Below are positions 10,549 to 21,900 of a stretch of 64,000 bases of DNA, piece by piece (positions within the stretch are counted from its first letter, which is position 1; each line of letters starts with the position of its first letter). The position numbers and the translations under genes were made by a program. The stretch is from Spirochaetota bacterium. GTDB taxonomy: Bacteria > Spirochaetota > UBA4802 > UBA5550. Location: assembly GCA_963664815.2 (NCBI GenBank), contig CAXXHB010000003.1, positions 224,001 through 288,000 on the forward strand, given 5' to 3'. The notes under the pieces were generated by a model. It was not told where the DNA came from. It was given only the letters and a program-made list of their open reading frames with translations, and did not search any database.

Positions 10549-13062
10549 ATGAATGAATCAATAATTATAATACTGTTGTATTTAATTATATTTATTTTCT
10601 GCCTGCTGGTAGCTGCATTATATGTTTTTATCCGTAAAAACATTTCGCTTAAGGAAGAGATAATTCTTAAAGACAGGGCATTCAGGGCGCTCTTTGCAAG
10701 AGAAATGCGATTAAGGAATATGTTTGATAACCATTCATCCATCATGTCAGTAGTTGATCCCGGAACCGGGAATATAATAACCGCAAATCCGGCTGCAGGT
10801 AAATTTTATGGATATAAAGTCGATCAGATGAAAGGTATGAAAATATCTGAAATTGTTTTACTTGATGAGGATCAAATAATGTCTTTAATGCAGCGGGCAG
10901 CCGGGCGTGAATCAGATTTTTTAATAATTCAGAACCGGCTGGCAACCGGAGATATCCGTACTGTTGAGATCCATTCATCCCCGATAATAGTTGATGAAAA
11001 ACCTCTCCTTTTTCTGATAATTCACGACATCACCGACCGCGAACTCGCCGAGAATGCGCTTCGCGAAAGTGAAACGCTGCAGAGTGTCCTGCTTGAAAAT
11101 CTTCCCGCGGGTGTGGTCATAGTTGATCCGGATACCCGTGTTTTGGAACGGGTAAATAATTATGCAGCTGAACTGTTTGGCGCTTCAATGGCTGATATAA
11201 CAGGCCATCAGTGCCACACTTTCCTCTGCCCGGCATGTGAAGGCGCCTGTCCGGTTCTTGATTTAGGTAAAACAGTTGATAACGCTGAACGGGAAATGCT
11301 CAGAGCAGATGGAGTTCTTATACCTATTCTTAAGACTATAAAAAAAATACAGATTAATGGCAGGGATAAGCTTCTGGAATGTTTTGTTGATATATCTGAG
11401 CTGAAAAAAGCTGAATCAGATGCTGAAATAATGCGTGAAAAGGCTGAAGCTGCGAACAGGGCAAAATCTGAATTTCTTGCGAGTATGAGCCATGAAATAC
11501 GTACGCCAATGAATGGTGTAATCAGCATGACAAACCTGCTTCTTGAAACTGAACTTGACAAGAAGCAGAACCATTATGCCCGTATAATCCGCTCAAGCGG
11601 TGAGGCGCTTCTTTCGCTTATCAACGATATTCTTGATTTTTCAAAAATCGAAGCTTACAAGCTTGATCTGGAAATTCTCGATTTTCATTTAACAAGGACC
11701 ATGTATGATACCGTTGAGCTGATGAGGGTAAGGGCTGAAGAGAAGGGCCTGACTCTTAAATCCAGTGTGGATCCGGGAATCCCCCAGTATTTAAGGGGTG
11801 ATCCCGGCCGGCTGAGGCAGATAGTATTGAATCTGTTAAGCAACGCTGTCAAGTTTACCGTTAAAGGGGAGATTGAACTGCAGGTAGTGATGGAAAAAGA
11901 GATAGAACAGTGGGTTCGTCTGCGTTTCAGCGTTATAGATACCGGCATAGGTATTCCCGATGATAAAAAGGAAAATATCTTTCTGCCGTTTACTCAGGCG
12001 GACAGCTCGGTTACGCGTAAATATGGGGGTACAGGGCTGGGGCTGACAATTTCAAAACAGCTTGCCGAGATGATGGGTGGAGCTATCGGTGTAACCGGTG
12101 AAGCTGGTAAGGGGTCAACATTCTGGTTCACTGCAATTTTTGAAAAACAGGGGGAAGGTCAGATTCTGCCTGCAGCAGAACCTGTAACGGATATCCGGGG
12201 ATATGCCGCAATGACGGCGAGTAAGAATGCGCATATTCTGCTGGCAGAGGATAATTATACCAACCAGATAGTCACCTCGGAAATGTTGAAACAGATGGGG
12301 TATAATAAAGTGGATATTGCCGCTGACGGACTTGAAGTACTCTCCGCACTGGAGAGTATAAACTACGATCTTGTTCTGATGGATTGTCATATGCCGGAGA
12401 TGGATGGTTTTGAAACAACACGCCGGATTCGCAGTACGGATTCGGGAGTATTAAATCACGAAATACCTGTTGTAGCAATGACTGCCCTTGCAATGAAGAG
12501 GGACAGAGACGAGGCTGCTGATTCCGGCATGAATGATTATATCTGCAAACCTGTTGAATTATATGACCTTGTGAAGATGATCGAAAAATGGCTTCCAGGG
12601 AAAGCTGATGATTTAACGAAGACTGATGGAATAAATAATACCGTAAATAATAACATGCCGGATGAAACCGGCAAACCGGAATTTTACAGGCGGGTGTTTA
12701 ACAGGGATTCATTTCTTTCCCGTTTGATGAATAATAAACAACTGGCAGAAAATATAAGCCGTGCTTTTCTTATAGATATGCCTGCCCAGATTGAAAGACT
12801 TTCTGCATTGATTGAATCGGGAGACTGCTCAGGCGCAGGGCATCAGGCTCACAGGATGAGAGGTGCATCTGCAAATGTCAGTGGTGAGGTGATGAGCGAT
12901 GTTGCCTCCAGAATGGAGGAGTATGGCTTTGCCGGAAATTTTGAAGCTTTGAAAGACCTTTTTCCCGTGTTTCTTATGGAATTTAATCTGCTGAAAGAGG
13001 CCATAAATAAAAATGTTTTATCAGGAGAACAGGCGGCAGATGAGAGTAATATTCAGCAGTGA
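10549..13062 (+). CDS. Membrane-anchored hybrid histidine kinase PAS-PAS-HisKA-HATPase-REC-HPt
   Basis: N-terminal TM helix, [24 protein letters not shown], receiver LMDCHMP, HPt motif [11 protein letters not shown]. Confidence 0.93.
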   Translation: MNESIIIILLYLIIFIFCLLVAALYVFIRKNISLKEEIILKDRAFRALFAREMRLRNMFDNHSSIMSVVDPGTGNIITANPAAGKFYGYKVDQMKGMKISEIVLLDEDQIMSLMQRAAGRESDFLIIQNRLATGDIRTVEIHSSPIIVDEKPLLFLIIHDITDRELAENALRESETLQSVLLENLPAGVVIVDPDTRVLERVNNYAAELFGASMADITGHQCHTFLCPACEGACPVLDLGKTVDNAEREMLRADGVLIPILKTIKKIQINGRDKLLECFVDISELKKAESDAEIMREKAEAANRAKSEFLASMSHEIRTPMNGVISMTNLLLETELDKKQNHYARIIRSSGEALLSLINDILDFSKIEAYKLDLEILDFHLTRTMYDTVELMRVRAEEKGLTLKSSVDPGIPQYLRGDPGRLRQIVLNLLSNAVKFTVKGEIELQVVMEKEIEQWVRLRFSVIDTGIGIPDDKKENIFLPFTQADSSVTRKYGGTGLGLTISKQLAEMMGGAIGVTGEAGKGSTFWFTAIFEKQGEGQILPAAEPVTDIRGYAAMTASKNAHILLAEDNYTNQIVTSEMLKQMGYNKVDIAADGLEVLSALESINYDLVLMDCHMPEMDGFETTRRIRSTDSGVLNHEIPVVAMTALAMKRDRDEAADSGMNDYICKPVELYDLVKMIEKWLPGKADDLTKTDGINNTVNNNMPDETGKPEFYRRVFNRDSFLSRLMNNKQLAENISRAFLIDMPAQIERLSALIESGDCSGAGHQAHRMRGASANVSGEVMSDVASRMEEYGFAGNFEALKDLFPVFLMEFNLLKEAINKNVLSGEQAADESNIQQ

Positions 13063-13121
13063 GGAGTTAATCTCCCGCCATGTTAATGATACGGCAATTG
13101 CCGGGTCAAGGAGATGTCTGT

Positions 13122-16100
13122 ATGGCAAATGATAATAAAAAAACGCTGCTCCTTGTGGAGGATGAAGCTATTATTGCTCTGGCTCAGAAGATGTCACTGG
13201 AGAAATACGGTTATGCTGTTATCACAGCGAATTCAGGCGAGAAGGCATTTGATATATTTAAATCCAGTAACATTGATCTTGTTCTTATGGACATTGATCT
13301 TGGCAGAGGCATCGACGGGACTGAAACAGCAAAAATGATACTAAGGGAATGTCAGGTTCCGATAGTGTTTTTATCAAGTCATACAGAACCATATATTGTG
13401 GAGAAAACAGAAAAAATTACATCGTACGGCTACATTGTAAAAAACTCCGGGATAACGGTTCTTGACGCATCGATCAAGATGGCATTTAAACTTTTTGATG
13501 CGAACAGGCAGCTCCTTGAAAGTGAAATAAAACAAAAAGCGATGATAGCCAATATATCTGATGTTATCTCAGTAATAGCAAAAGACGGCACTTTAAAATA
13601 TAACAGCCCCAATATTGAAAAATGGTTCGGCTGGCATCCTGACAAGATTCAGGGATGTAACGGATGGGCTGTGGTTCATCCGGAAGACCTGGATCGCATC
13701 CATGAACTGTTTTCAAAGATTACCGAAAAGGATAATTTTACGCAGACATCTGAATTCAGGTATAAATGCAGTGACGGAAGTTATAAACCGGTAGAGTTTA
13801 CCGCTATCAATCTTGCAGATGATCCGGTTATAGGCGGAGTGCTGGTGAATTATCATGATATCACAGAACGCAGAAAGGCCGGGGAGGCATTACGAGAGAG
13901 TGAAGAGCGTTTCCGGAAAATATTTGATGAGGGGCATTCCGGTATAGTAATTGTTAATAAAAATTTTAATTTTGAAACCGTAAACAGGGCATTCTGCACT
14001 TTTACAGGATATTCATCTTCAGAGCTTGCAACAATGACTTTCAAAGATATTACACACCCTGATCATGTTAAACAGGATTCTGAGAATATAATAAAACTGA
14101 TGAATGGTGAGATAGCGTTTTATCAGACTGAAAAAAGATACATCAGGAAGAATGGCGAAGTTTTATGGGGGGACCTTGTAGTATCGGCAATCCATAACAA
14201 TGAAGGGGAGTTTTTATACTTTCTTTCAATAGTTGAAGACATTTCCGAACGGAAACTCGCTGAGAGCATTTTAAAAGAAAGCGAAAGTTTAAAGTCTGAA
14301 CTGTTTGAGAAGCTGAATACGGCCCAGAAAATCGCACAGATAGGAAGCTGGGAATGGGATTTAAAAACAGATAAAGTCTGGTGGTCGGATGAGAGCTACC
14401 GGATTTTCGGCGTAACAAAGGGGGAGTACACGCCAAGCTTTGAAGGTAACGGGAAGTTCATTCATCCCGATGATATTGAGCAATACGGGGTACAGTTTGA
14501 TAACTGTTTTAAATACGGCACGCCGCTTGATTACGAGTTCAGGCTTTTAGCGGGGGATGGTTTGATGAAATACTGCAATGCCAGGGGGGAGATAGTTTAT
14601 GACAATAACGGAAATCCTGTCCGTTTTAACGGTACAGTGCATGATATAACCATGCGCAGACTGGCAGAAGATGAGATTAAAACGAAGAAAGAAGAACTTG
14701 AGGCATTGAATGAGGAGCTTAATGCAACTCTCGAAGAGATGGAAGCGTCAAATGATGAACTTATCGAGTCAAACCGTGTTCTTATTGAAATGGACAGTAA
14801 ACTGGCTGATGCAATGGCGGTTCTTCGCAATAATGAGCTTCATCTGCGTACGCTGCTGCGGACTATCCCCGACCTGGTCTGGTTAAAGGATAAAGACGGA
14901 AGATATCTGCTGTGCAACGCTGTGTTTGAACGTTTTTTCGGCGCAAAGGAACAGGATATAGCCGGGAAAACTGATTATGATTTTATGAGCAGCGAACTCG
15001 CAGAATTTTTTCTTGAAAATGACCGCAAGGCAATAGAGGGGGGAAAGCCGACAGCCAATGAGGAGTGGGTCACCTTTGCAGATGATAATCACCGCGCCAT
15101 GCTGGAAACAATTAAAACACCGGTGTATGATGAAAACAGAAATCTTTTAGGAGTGCTTGGCATAGGCCGTGATATTACCGATCGGAAACGCATTGAGGAG
15201 GAACTGAATTATAACCGCAATCTGCTGAAGACAGTTTTTGACAGCGCTTCCGAGGCTATATATGCCAAGGATATTAAAGGGCAATACCATGTTGTCAATA
15301 ATGCCTGTTTACAGCTGTTAGGCTTTACCTCTTCAGAAATTCTCGGGCGGAGAGACATAGATATACTCCCTGCTGATCTGGCTGACGAATTCATAAAGAC
15401 TGATGAAGCTGTTATAAAAAACGGGCAGGTTGAGGAGCGTGAGGAATCGGGAATAATACAGGGGAGGATGTGCACATTTCTTTCACATAAAGCCCCATGG
15501 AGGGACAGTTCAGGAAACATTATAGGGATAATAGGTGTGTCAACAGACATCACAGACAGGAAGAAAGCTGAAACTGAACTGAAGGAAAAAAGTGAAAAGC
15601 TTGAATCGCTTAACGAAGAGCTTAACGCAACATTAGAAGAGCTGGAATCTTTAAATGGAGATCTTGCCGGAAATTATGAGGAACTTCAGGGGAAAGAGAG
15701 AGCACTTCTTGATGAAAAAATATTTACTGAAGCCCTTTTTGAAAGCATACCGGGTCATCTGTATGTTTATGATGAAAATCTGCAGCTTATCAGGTGGAAC
15801 AGAAAACATGAAACTGTGACCGGATATTCAGCAGAAGAACTGTCACATATGCATATCTCCCGTTTTTTTGAGGGTGATGATATTGCAAGAGTGGAGAAGA
15901 CTGCTAATGAAGTTTTCACAACGGGTTATGGGGAGATTGAAGCTCATATTGTATTAAAAAACGGCGGAAAGATACTTGTGCATTTATCAGGCGTGCGGAT
16001 GTTGCTTGAAGGAAAAATATACCTTACCGGAGTTGGAATAGATATAACAGAAAGTAAACGTATAGAAAATGAACTCAGGGAGAGTGAAAAAAAATACCGC

Positions 16101-17093
16101 ATATTAACTGAAAATATCAAAGACGTGGTATGGATACTCGATACGAAGACAATGTATTTTCTTTATGTCAGTCCCTCAGTAAGGCATCTGAGAGGTTACA
16201 CAGCCGAAGAGATACTTGCTCTGCCCGTTGATGCCGCCATGGCGCCCGGAGCCTCGGAGTTTCTTTTAAATCTGATACAACGGCGGTCGGATGAAATATT
16301 ATCCGGTGAAAAAGAGTCCGGGGAATTTTATATCAATGAAGTTGAGCAGCCCTGTAAGAATGGTTCAACGGTCTGGACCGAAGTTATTACAAGCTACTAT
16401 ATAAATGATAAAACAGGGCACGTGGAAGTGCGTGGCGTTACCCGTGATATTACAGAACGCAGGAAGGCGGAGGAAAGGATAAGAACTCTTCTTGCAGAGA
16501 AGGAGCTTCTTCTTAAAGAGGTTCATCACCGAATAAGGAATTTCATGAATACAATAAACAGTCTTCTGATTTTACAGGCTTCAACGCTGAAAGACCCTGC
16601 AGTTATAAGAGTTCTTGAAGAGGCGGGAAACCGGCTTCAGTGCATGATGCTGCTGTATGACAAGCTTTATCATTCTGCGGATTTTAAAAAGGTATCTGTT
16701 ATGGATTATATCACTTCACTTGTGAATGAAATTCTTGCCGGCTTTCCCGACAGTAATCTGGTGAAGACTGATATAAAAATTGATGATTTTGTATTAGACG
16801 CAAAGAGGCTTCAGTCTCTCGGCATAATAATAAACGAACTGTTAACAAACATAATGAAGTATGCATTTAACAGTACCGGCGGCATGCTGATTTCAATTTA
16901 CCTGGCGCTTTCAGGCAGCAGAGTGACATTTATTATTCATGACAATGGTATAGGCATGCCTGAATCTATTGATTTTGGCAATTCAACCGGTTTTGGCCTT
17001 ATACTGGTTGATATGCTGGCAAAGCAGCTTAAGGGGGCTATCCGCCTTGAACGATGCGAAGGAACAAGGTTTATTCTGGAGTTTGATATATAG
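13122..17093 (+). CDS. REC-(PAS)n-HisKA_2 histidine kinase with two acidic coiled coils
   Basis: Start refined to ATG 13122 (AAGGAG upstream; the ORF track starts at 13080). About 7 PAS/PAC units, EVHHRIRNFM, NIMKYAF, DNGIG, TGFGL. Confidence 0.92.
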   Translation: MANDNKKTLLLVEDEAIIALAQKMSLEKYGYAVITANSGEKAFDIFKSSNIDLVLMDIDLGRGIDGTETAKMILRECQVPIVFLSSHTEPYIVEKTEKITSYGYIVKNSGITVLDASIKMAFKLFDANRQLLESEIKQKAMIANISDVISVIAKDGTLKYNSPNIEKWFGWHPDKIQGCNGWAVVHPEDLDRIHELFSKITEKDNFTQTSEFRYKCSDGSYKPVEFTAINLADDPVIGGVLVNYHDITERRKAGEALRESEERFRKIFDEGHSGIVIVNKNFNFETVNRAFCTFTGYSSSELATMTFKDITHPDHVKQDSENIIKLMNGEIAFYQTEKRYIRKNGEVLWGDLVVSAIHNNEGEFLYFLSIVEDISERKLAESILKESESLKSELFEKLNTAQKIAQIGSWEWDLKTDKVWWSDESYRIFGVTKGEYTPSFEGNGKFIHPDDIEQYGVQFDNCFKYGTPLDYEFRLLAGDGLMKYCNARGEIVYDNNGNPVRFNGTVHDITMRRLAEDEIKTKKEELEALNEELNATLEEMEASNDELIESNRVLIEMDSKLADAMAVLRNNELHLRTLLRTIPDLVWLKDKDGRYLLCNAVFERFFGAKEQDIAGKTDYDFMSSELAEFFLENDRKAIEGGKPTANEEWVTFADDNHRAMLETIKTPVYDENRNLLGVLGIGRDITDRKRIEEELNYNRNLLKTVFDSASEAIYAKDIKGQYHVVNNACLQLLGFTSSEILGRRDIDILPADLADEFIKTDEAVIKNGQVEEREESGIIQGRMCTFLSHKAPWRDSSGNIIGIIGVSTDITDRKKAETELKEKSEKLESLNEELNATLEELESLNGDLAGNYEELQGKERALLDEKIFTEALFESIPGHLYVYDENLQLIRWNRKHETVTGYSAEELSHMHISRFFEGDDIARVEKTANEVFTTGYGEIEAHIVLKNGGKILVHLSGVRMLLEGKIYLTGVGIDITESKRIENELRESEKKYRILTENIKDVVWILDTKTMYFLYVSPSVRHLRGYTAEEILALPVDAAMAPGASEFLLNLIQRRSDEILSGEKESGEFYINEVEQPCKNGSTVWTEVITSYYINDKTGHVEVRGVTRDITERRKAEERIRTLLAEKELLLKEVHHRIRNFMNTINSLLILQASTLKDPAVIRVLEEAGNRLQCMMLLYDKLYHSADFKKVSVMDYITSLVNEILAGFPDSNLVKTDIKIDDFVLDAKRLQSLGIIINELLTNIMKYAFNSTGGMLISIYLALSGSRVTFIIHDNGIGMPESIDFGNSTGFGLILVDMLAKQLKGAIRLERCEGTRFILEFDI

Positions 17094-17139
17094 AATCCCC
17101 CGAAGTTTTACTGTTCAGACGGGATTTTTTCTTTTTTTT
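17094..17139 (+). terminator. Probable intrinsic terminator
   Basis: AATCCC...GGGATT stem followed by a long T-tract immediately after the stop codon. Confidence 0.5.
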
Positions 17140-17183
17140 AATATATATTAGACTTGTTTCCTTTCTCAATTTTTTACCGGGCC

Positions 17184-17206
17184 TCTAAGGGGCGAAGCCC
17201 CTTAGA
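17184..17206. repeat. Perfect 10-bp inverted repeat with a GAA loop (REP-like hairpin)
   Basis: TCTAAGGGGC-GAA-GCCCCTTAGA. Confidence 0.75.
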
Positions 17207-17280
17207 AAAGCCGCATCAAGGCTTCTTTAGTGCTTCAAATGCCGGTTTGGAAACAACTCTATTTTAAAAGGGGATTAGTT

Positions 17281-18861
17281 ATGAAGAGATGCTCTTTATT
17301 GAAAAATTCTTTTGTTTTTCTGATGGCATTTCTTTTTTTTATGTATTTAACTAAAAACGGAGCAGCTGAAAGTTACGGAGATATAAATGCTTCATTTAAA
17401 TACCTTGATACCTTGAGCAGAGGTGAAATCTTATGGCTCAGGGATCATCCGGTTATTACCGTGGTAACAGATCCTTACTGGCCGCCGGTTGAATTCACAG
17501 ACGAGAATGGCGATCCTACCGGAATGAGCATGGATTATCTTAAACTTGTCGAGCAGAGACTTGGCATTAAATTCAAACGGCTCGAAAAGATGAATTGGCA
17601 GGATGCATACAGTAAGCTGAAGAGTCACAAAATAGATATGACCACATGTGTGGCAGAAACTCCGGAACGGAAGGAATTCTGGGCTTTTACAAAACCTTAC
17701 ATGAAAATTCCAGTTGTTATTGCCACACAGCTTGATGTCCCGTATATCTCTGGGCTGCATGAACTTGCCGCCAGGAAGGTTGCTGTTGTTGACGGGTATG
17801 CTGTAGATGACTGGATAAGAACCGGATATCCTGAAATTAATATAGTCAGGGTTCGTAATGCACTTGATGGACTGCATCTGCTTCAGCAGGGAGAAGTATA
17901 TGCATATGTGGATAATCTGCTTATTATAGGGGATTATCAGGCAAAAATGCAGATAACGAATATAAAAATAGCCGGACAGACCCCTTATGTAAATGCGCAA
18001 TGTATTGCCGTGAGGAAAGACTGGGCAATCCTCGCAGGGATTATTCAGAAGGCGCTTAATACTATTACTGAAACTGAACAGAAGGAGATATACAGAAGAT
18101 GGCTGCCGGTCCGTTATGAATACGGTTTTAACTACAGCCTCTTCCGGAAAGCGCTGGCGGGTTTTGTAATTATCGTTTTTCTTCTTGCTCTCTGGGTATG
18201 GAAACTTGCAGCGGAGATAAAGTCGCGCAAAATTGCCGAAGAGAAAATCAGGGCGCTTCTTGCAGAAAAGGAACTCCTTTTAAGTGAAGTTCACCACCGT
18301 ATAAAAAACAATATGAATACTGTTAAAGGGCTTCTTACGCTTCAGCTTTCAGCCGAGCATAATCCGCAGACTGTTAATTCACTCAGGGATGCTGAAAGCC
18401 GGGTTCAGAGCATGATTATGCTGTATGACAGACTGTATTGTACGGAGAACTTCAGGGAGATGCCCATTAAAGATTACTTACAGTCGCTCGCTGAAGAAAT
18501 AATAGGGAGTTACCCCAACAGGGGCATTGTTAATATCAATAATAAGATTGAAGATTTTATATTAAACATACAGCTGCTCACTCCTGTCGGAATAATAATC
18601 AATGAACTTCTTTCAAACATTATGGAACATGCATTTAGCGGCAGAGAGAGTGGCGAGATAACTGTGTCTGCGGTGAAAAATGGTAAACATGTGATCATAA
18701 TTATTCAGGATGATGGAATAGGTCTTCCGGAGACAATTATTCATACAGAATCTTCAGGCTTTGGCCTTGATCTTGTGGATATGCTGATTGAACAGATCGG
18801 CGGGAAATTAAGTATTGAGAGAAGTGATGGAACAAAGTTTTCTCTTGAGTTTAATGTGTAG
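17281..18861 (+). CDS. Periplasmic-binding-domain (BvgS/EvgS-like) HisKA_2 histidine kinase
   Basis: Signal peptide from ATG 17281 (the ORF track starts at 17230). LSRGEILWLRDHPVITV and DPYWPPVEF periplasmic-binding motifs, one TM helix, EVHHRIKNNM. Confidence 0.9.
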   Translation: MKRCSLLKNSFVFLMAFLFFMYLTKNGAAESYGDINASFKYLDTLSRGEILWLRDHPVITVVTDPYWPPVEFTDENGDPTGMSMDYLKLVEQRLGIKFKRLEKMNWQDAYSKLKSHKIDMTTCVAETPERKEFWAFTKPYMKIPVVIATQLDVPYISGLHELAARKVAVVDGYAVDDWIRTGYPEINIVRVRNALDGLHLLQQGEVYAYVDNLLIIGDYQAKMQITNIKIAGQTPYVNAQCIAVRKDWAILAGIIQKALNTITETEQKEIYRRWLPVRYEYGFNYSLFRKALAGFVIIVFLLALWVWKLAAEIKSRKIAEEKIRALLAEKELLLSEVHHRIKNNMNTVKGLLTLQLSAEHNPQTVNSLRDAESRVQSMIMLYDRLYCTENFREMPIKDYLQSLAEEIIGSYPNRGIVNINNKIEDFILNIQLLTPVGIIINELLSNIMEHAFSGRESGEITVSAVKNGKHVIIIIQDDGIGLPETIIHTESSGFGLDLVDMLIEQIGGKLSIERSDGTKFSLEFNV

Positions 18862-18906
18862 CCGGTATATCCAGGCTCATATGTCTGATGAATATGGGGG
18901 TTTTTA

Positions 18907-21900
18907 ATGAAAATAGATATTTTCACTCTTGTTATTATCGTCAGCATTGCCAATCTCCTTGAAGTAACAGCATTTCTGCTTCAATACAGGCTGAACAGAA
19001 ATTATAATGGTATTGGGTTCTGGATGTTATGCTTTTTGTCCAATTTTCTAGGTATGGTATTAATTTTTTTACGTCCCGCAATTCCGGTTAATTTAATAAC
19101 AATAATCCTGGCTAATACCCTGCTGTTGTCGGGTTCGATTTTTAGTTATACAGGCGTTGTGCGGTTTTTCGACAGGGAAGAGAATCGTGTGTTTATTATA
19201 TCGGTTTTTACACTGTTTATTGTTCCCTTTTTATACTTTACTTATGCTGATAATAATATTTCTGCAAGGACTGTAATTATATATTCGGCAATTGCAGTTA
19301 ATCAGTTTGCAACGGCAAAGAATCTTTTCTCCTATAAAACGCAGTCCGTTAAGGTGCTGGCATGCTTTAATTCTATTCTGTTTTTCACAGGCGGGTGCTT
19401 TTTTTCATTCCGGGCGCTTGATACATTTATATACAATCCTGTAAGCACCTTTTTCTCACCTTCACTTATGCAGGCGGCTTCCATTATGTTTATATTTGTC
19501 TTCGGCTTACTTTTAACCATCGGTTTGATCAGTATGGTGAACCAGCGGCTGTTAGCTGAAAACAGTGAGGATAAAAAAAACCTTGAGCTTATATTCAATA
19601 CCAGCCCCGATGCTGTAGCTATAACACGTCTGCACGATGGTCTCATTGTTAATGTCAATGACCGTTTTAAAGTTTTAAGCGGTTATTCCGGAGATGAAAT
19701 TATAGGAAAATTTATTAAGGATACGGATGTCTGGTGCATTCCTGAAGATCGAAAAAGGCTGGTGCATATACTTCTCACAAAAGGTTTATGTGAAAATATG
19801 GAATCGGTTTTTCAGCGGAAGGATGGGAGCAGGTTCATCGGCATGATATCCGCCCAGTTTATTAATCTGAATGATACACCGCATGTTATAAATGTAACCA
19901 GGGATATCACAGACCGTAAAAGAGTCGAAAATGCCTTGCGTGAAAGTGAGTTGAAATACCGCTCACTTATTGAGAACACAAACGATGTCGTTTTTTGTGT
20001 TAATGACAAAGGAGAGTACCAGTTTACAAATAATGTCTTCGCTTCAACGTTCGGGAAAACGCCTGATTATTTTAACGGGAAGACATTATGGGATATTTAT
20101 TCGAAAGAAGAAGCGGATTTCCGGCAGAATGTGTTTAAACGGGTGTTTGAAACGGGAGAACCTCAATCAACTGAGGTCACTGTACAATTAACAGATACAA
20201 CCCTGTATTTTCTTGCAAAGGTCAACCCGATAAGAGATGAAACAGGTAAAATAATTCTGGTTCTCACTACCTCGACAAACATTACCGACCGTAAACTGGC
20301 CGAAGAGGCTCTGCGGAAAAGCGAAGAGAAGTACCGGCTGCTTATTGAAAACAGCCATGATATAATTTATACCCTTACATCTGATGGATATTTTACATTT
20401 GCTTCACCTTCCTGGACTACAATATTGGGACATCCGGTCAGCCAGGTGGTAGGACAGTCATTCAAACTTTTTGTACATCCGGATGATCTTCCCGTATGTA
20501 TTGCCTTTTTACAGAAGGTGCTTGAAACCGGAAAGAGGCAGGATGGTGTGGAGTATCGGGTTAAACATACAAACGGTTTATGGTACTGGCATACCTCGAG
20601 CGCAGTTCCCTTTAAGGATGATACTGGTAAGGTCATTGGTTTTGAAGGGACTGCCCGTGATATAACCGACCGCAAACTGGCGGAGGAGGCATTCCGGGTA
20701 AAGAGTGAGGAGCTGGAACGTTATTTCAAAACAAGTCTTGATCTGTTATGTATTGCCAATATCGACGGGTACTTTATCAGGCTTAATCCTGAGTGGGAAA
20801 AAGTACTGGGATATAGCCTTCAGGATCTTGAAGGAAAGTCTTTTCTGGATTTTGTACATCCGGATGATATGGAAGGTACGCTTGGGGCATTATCCACGCT
20901 TGATGCCCAGATGGAGGTGTTCAGTTTCGAAAACCGGTATCGCAGTAAAGATGGTTCCTACAGGTGGATTGAATGGCGCTCCAGACCCCAGGGAAAGATG
21001 ATTTATGCAGCTGCACGTGATATAACCGGACGCAAGCAGACGGAACAGGCTTTGAGAGAGAGCGAAAAGAAGTATCGCCTTTTAACTGAGTTTTCCTCGG
21101 ATGTTATCTGGGTTTTAAACCTCAGCCGGAATATGTATTCCTTTGTCAGTCCCGGAATTTACAGCCTCAGAGGATTGACAGTTGAGGAGGCAATGACTGA
21201 AAAACTGGAGGATTCTTTAACTGAAGAGTCCCTGAGAGAGACAAAAAATGCGATAGAAATATATTTAAAGGAATTTCTGAATAATCCAGATATTCCTGTT
21301 TCATATATTGCTGAGATAAGGCAGCCCTGTAAAGATGGTTCGGTTATATGGGTTGAAATATCATGCAAGCTGAGATATAGTGAAAACGGGGAGATTGAAG
21401 TTGTCGGCGTAAGCCGCAATATTGAAAAACGGAAAAAAATTGAGAATGAACTCCGGGAGAGTGAAGAAAAACTCAGTACCCTGTTTGAATCAATGACTGA
21501 GATGGTGGTAGTTCATGAACTGGTATTTAATGAAAAGAACAACGTGACAGATTACCGTATAACTGACTGTAATAATGCGTTTATTGAGGTGACAGGAGTA
21601 GAAAGAGAAAAGGCTGTGGGCAGACTTGCTTCAGAAGTATATAATACACGGCCTGCCCCCTACCTTGAAGAGTACAGCCGTGTCGGGTTGACAGGAAAAC
21701 CTTATAAGTATACTACATATTTTGAGCCCATGGATAAATATTTTTCCATATCGGTGGTTTCCCCTAAAAAAAACAGTTTTGCAACAATAACGACAGATAT
21801 TACAGGTATCAGGAAAATTCAGGAGGTAGTATCCGCCAAAAATAAAGAGCTGGAAAATTATCTTTATATAGCATCACATGATTTACGCTCTCCGCTTGTT

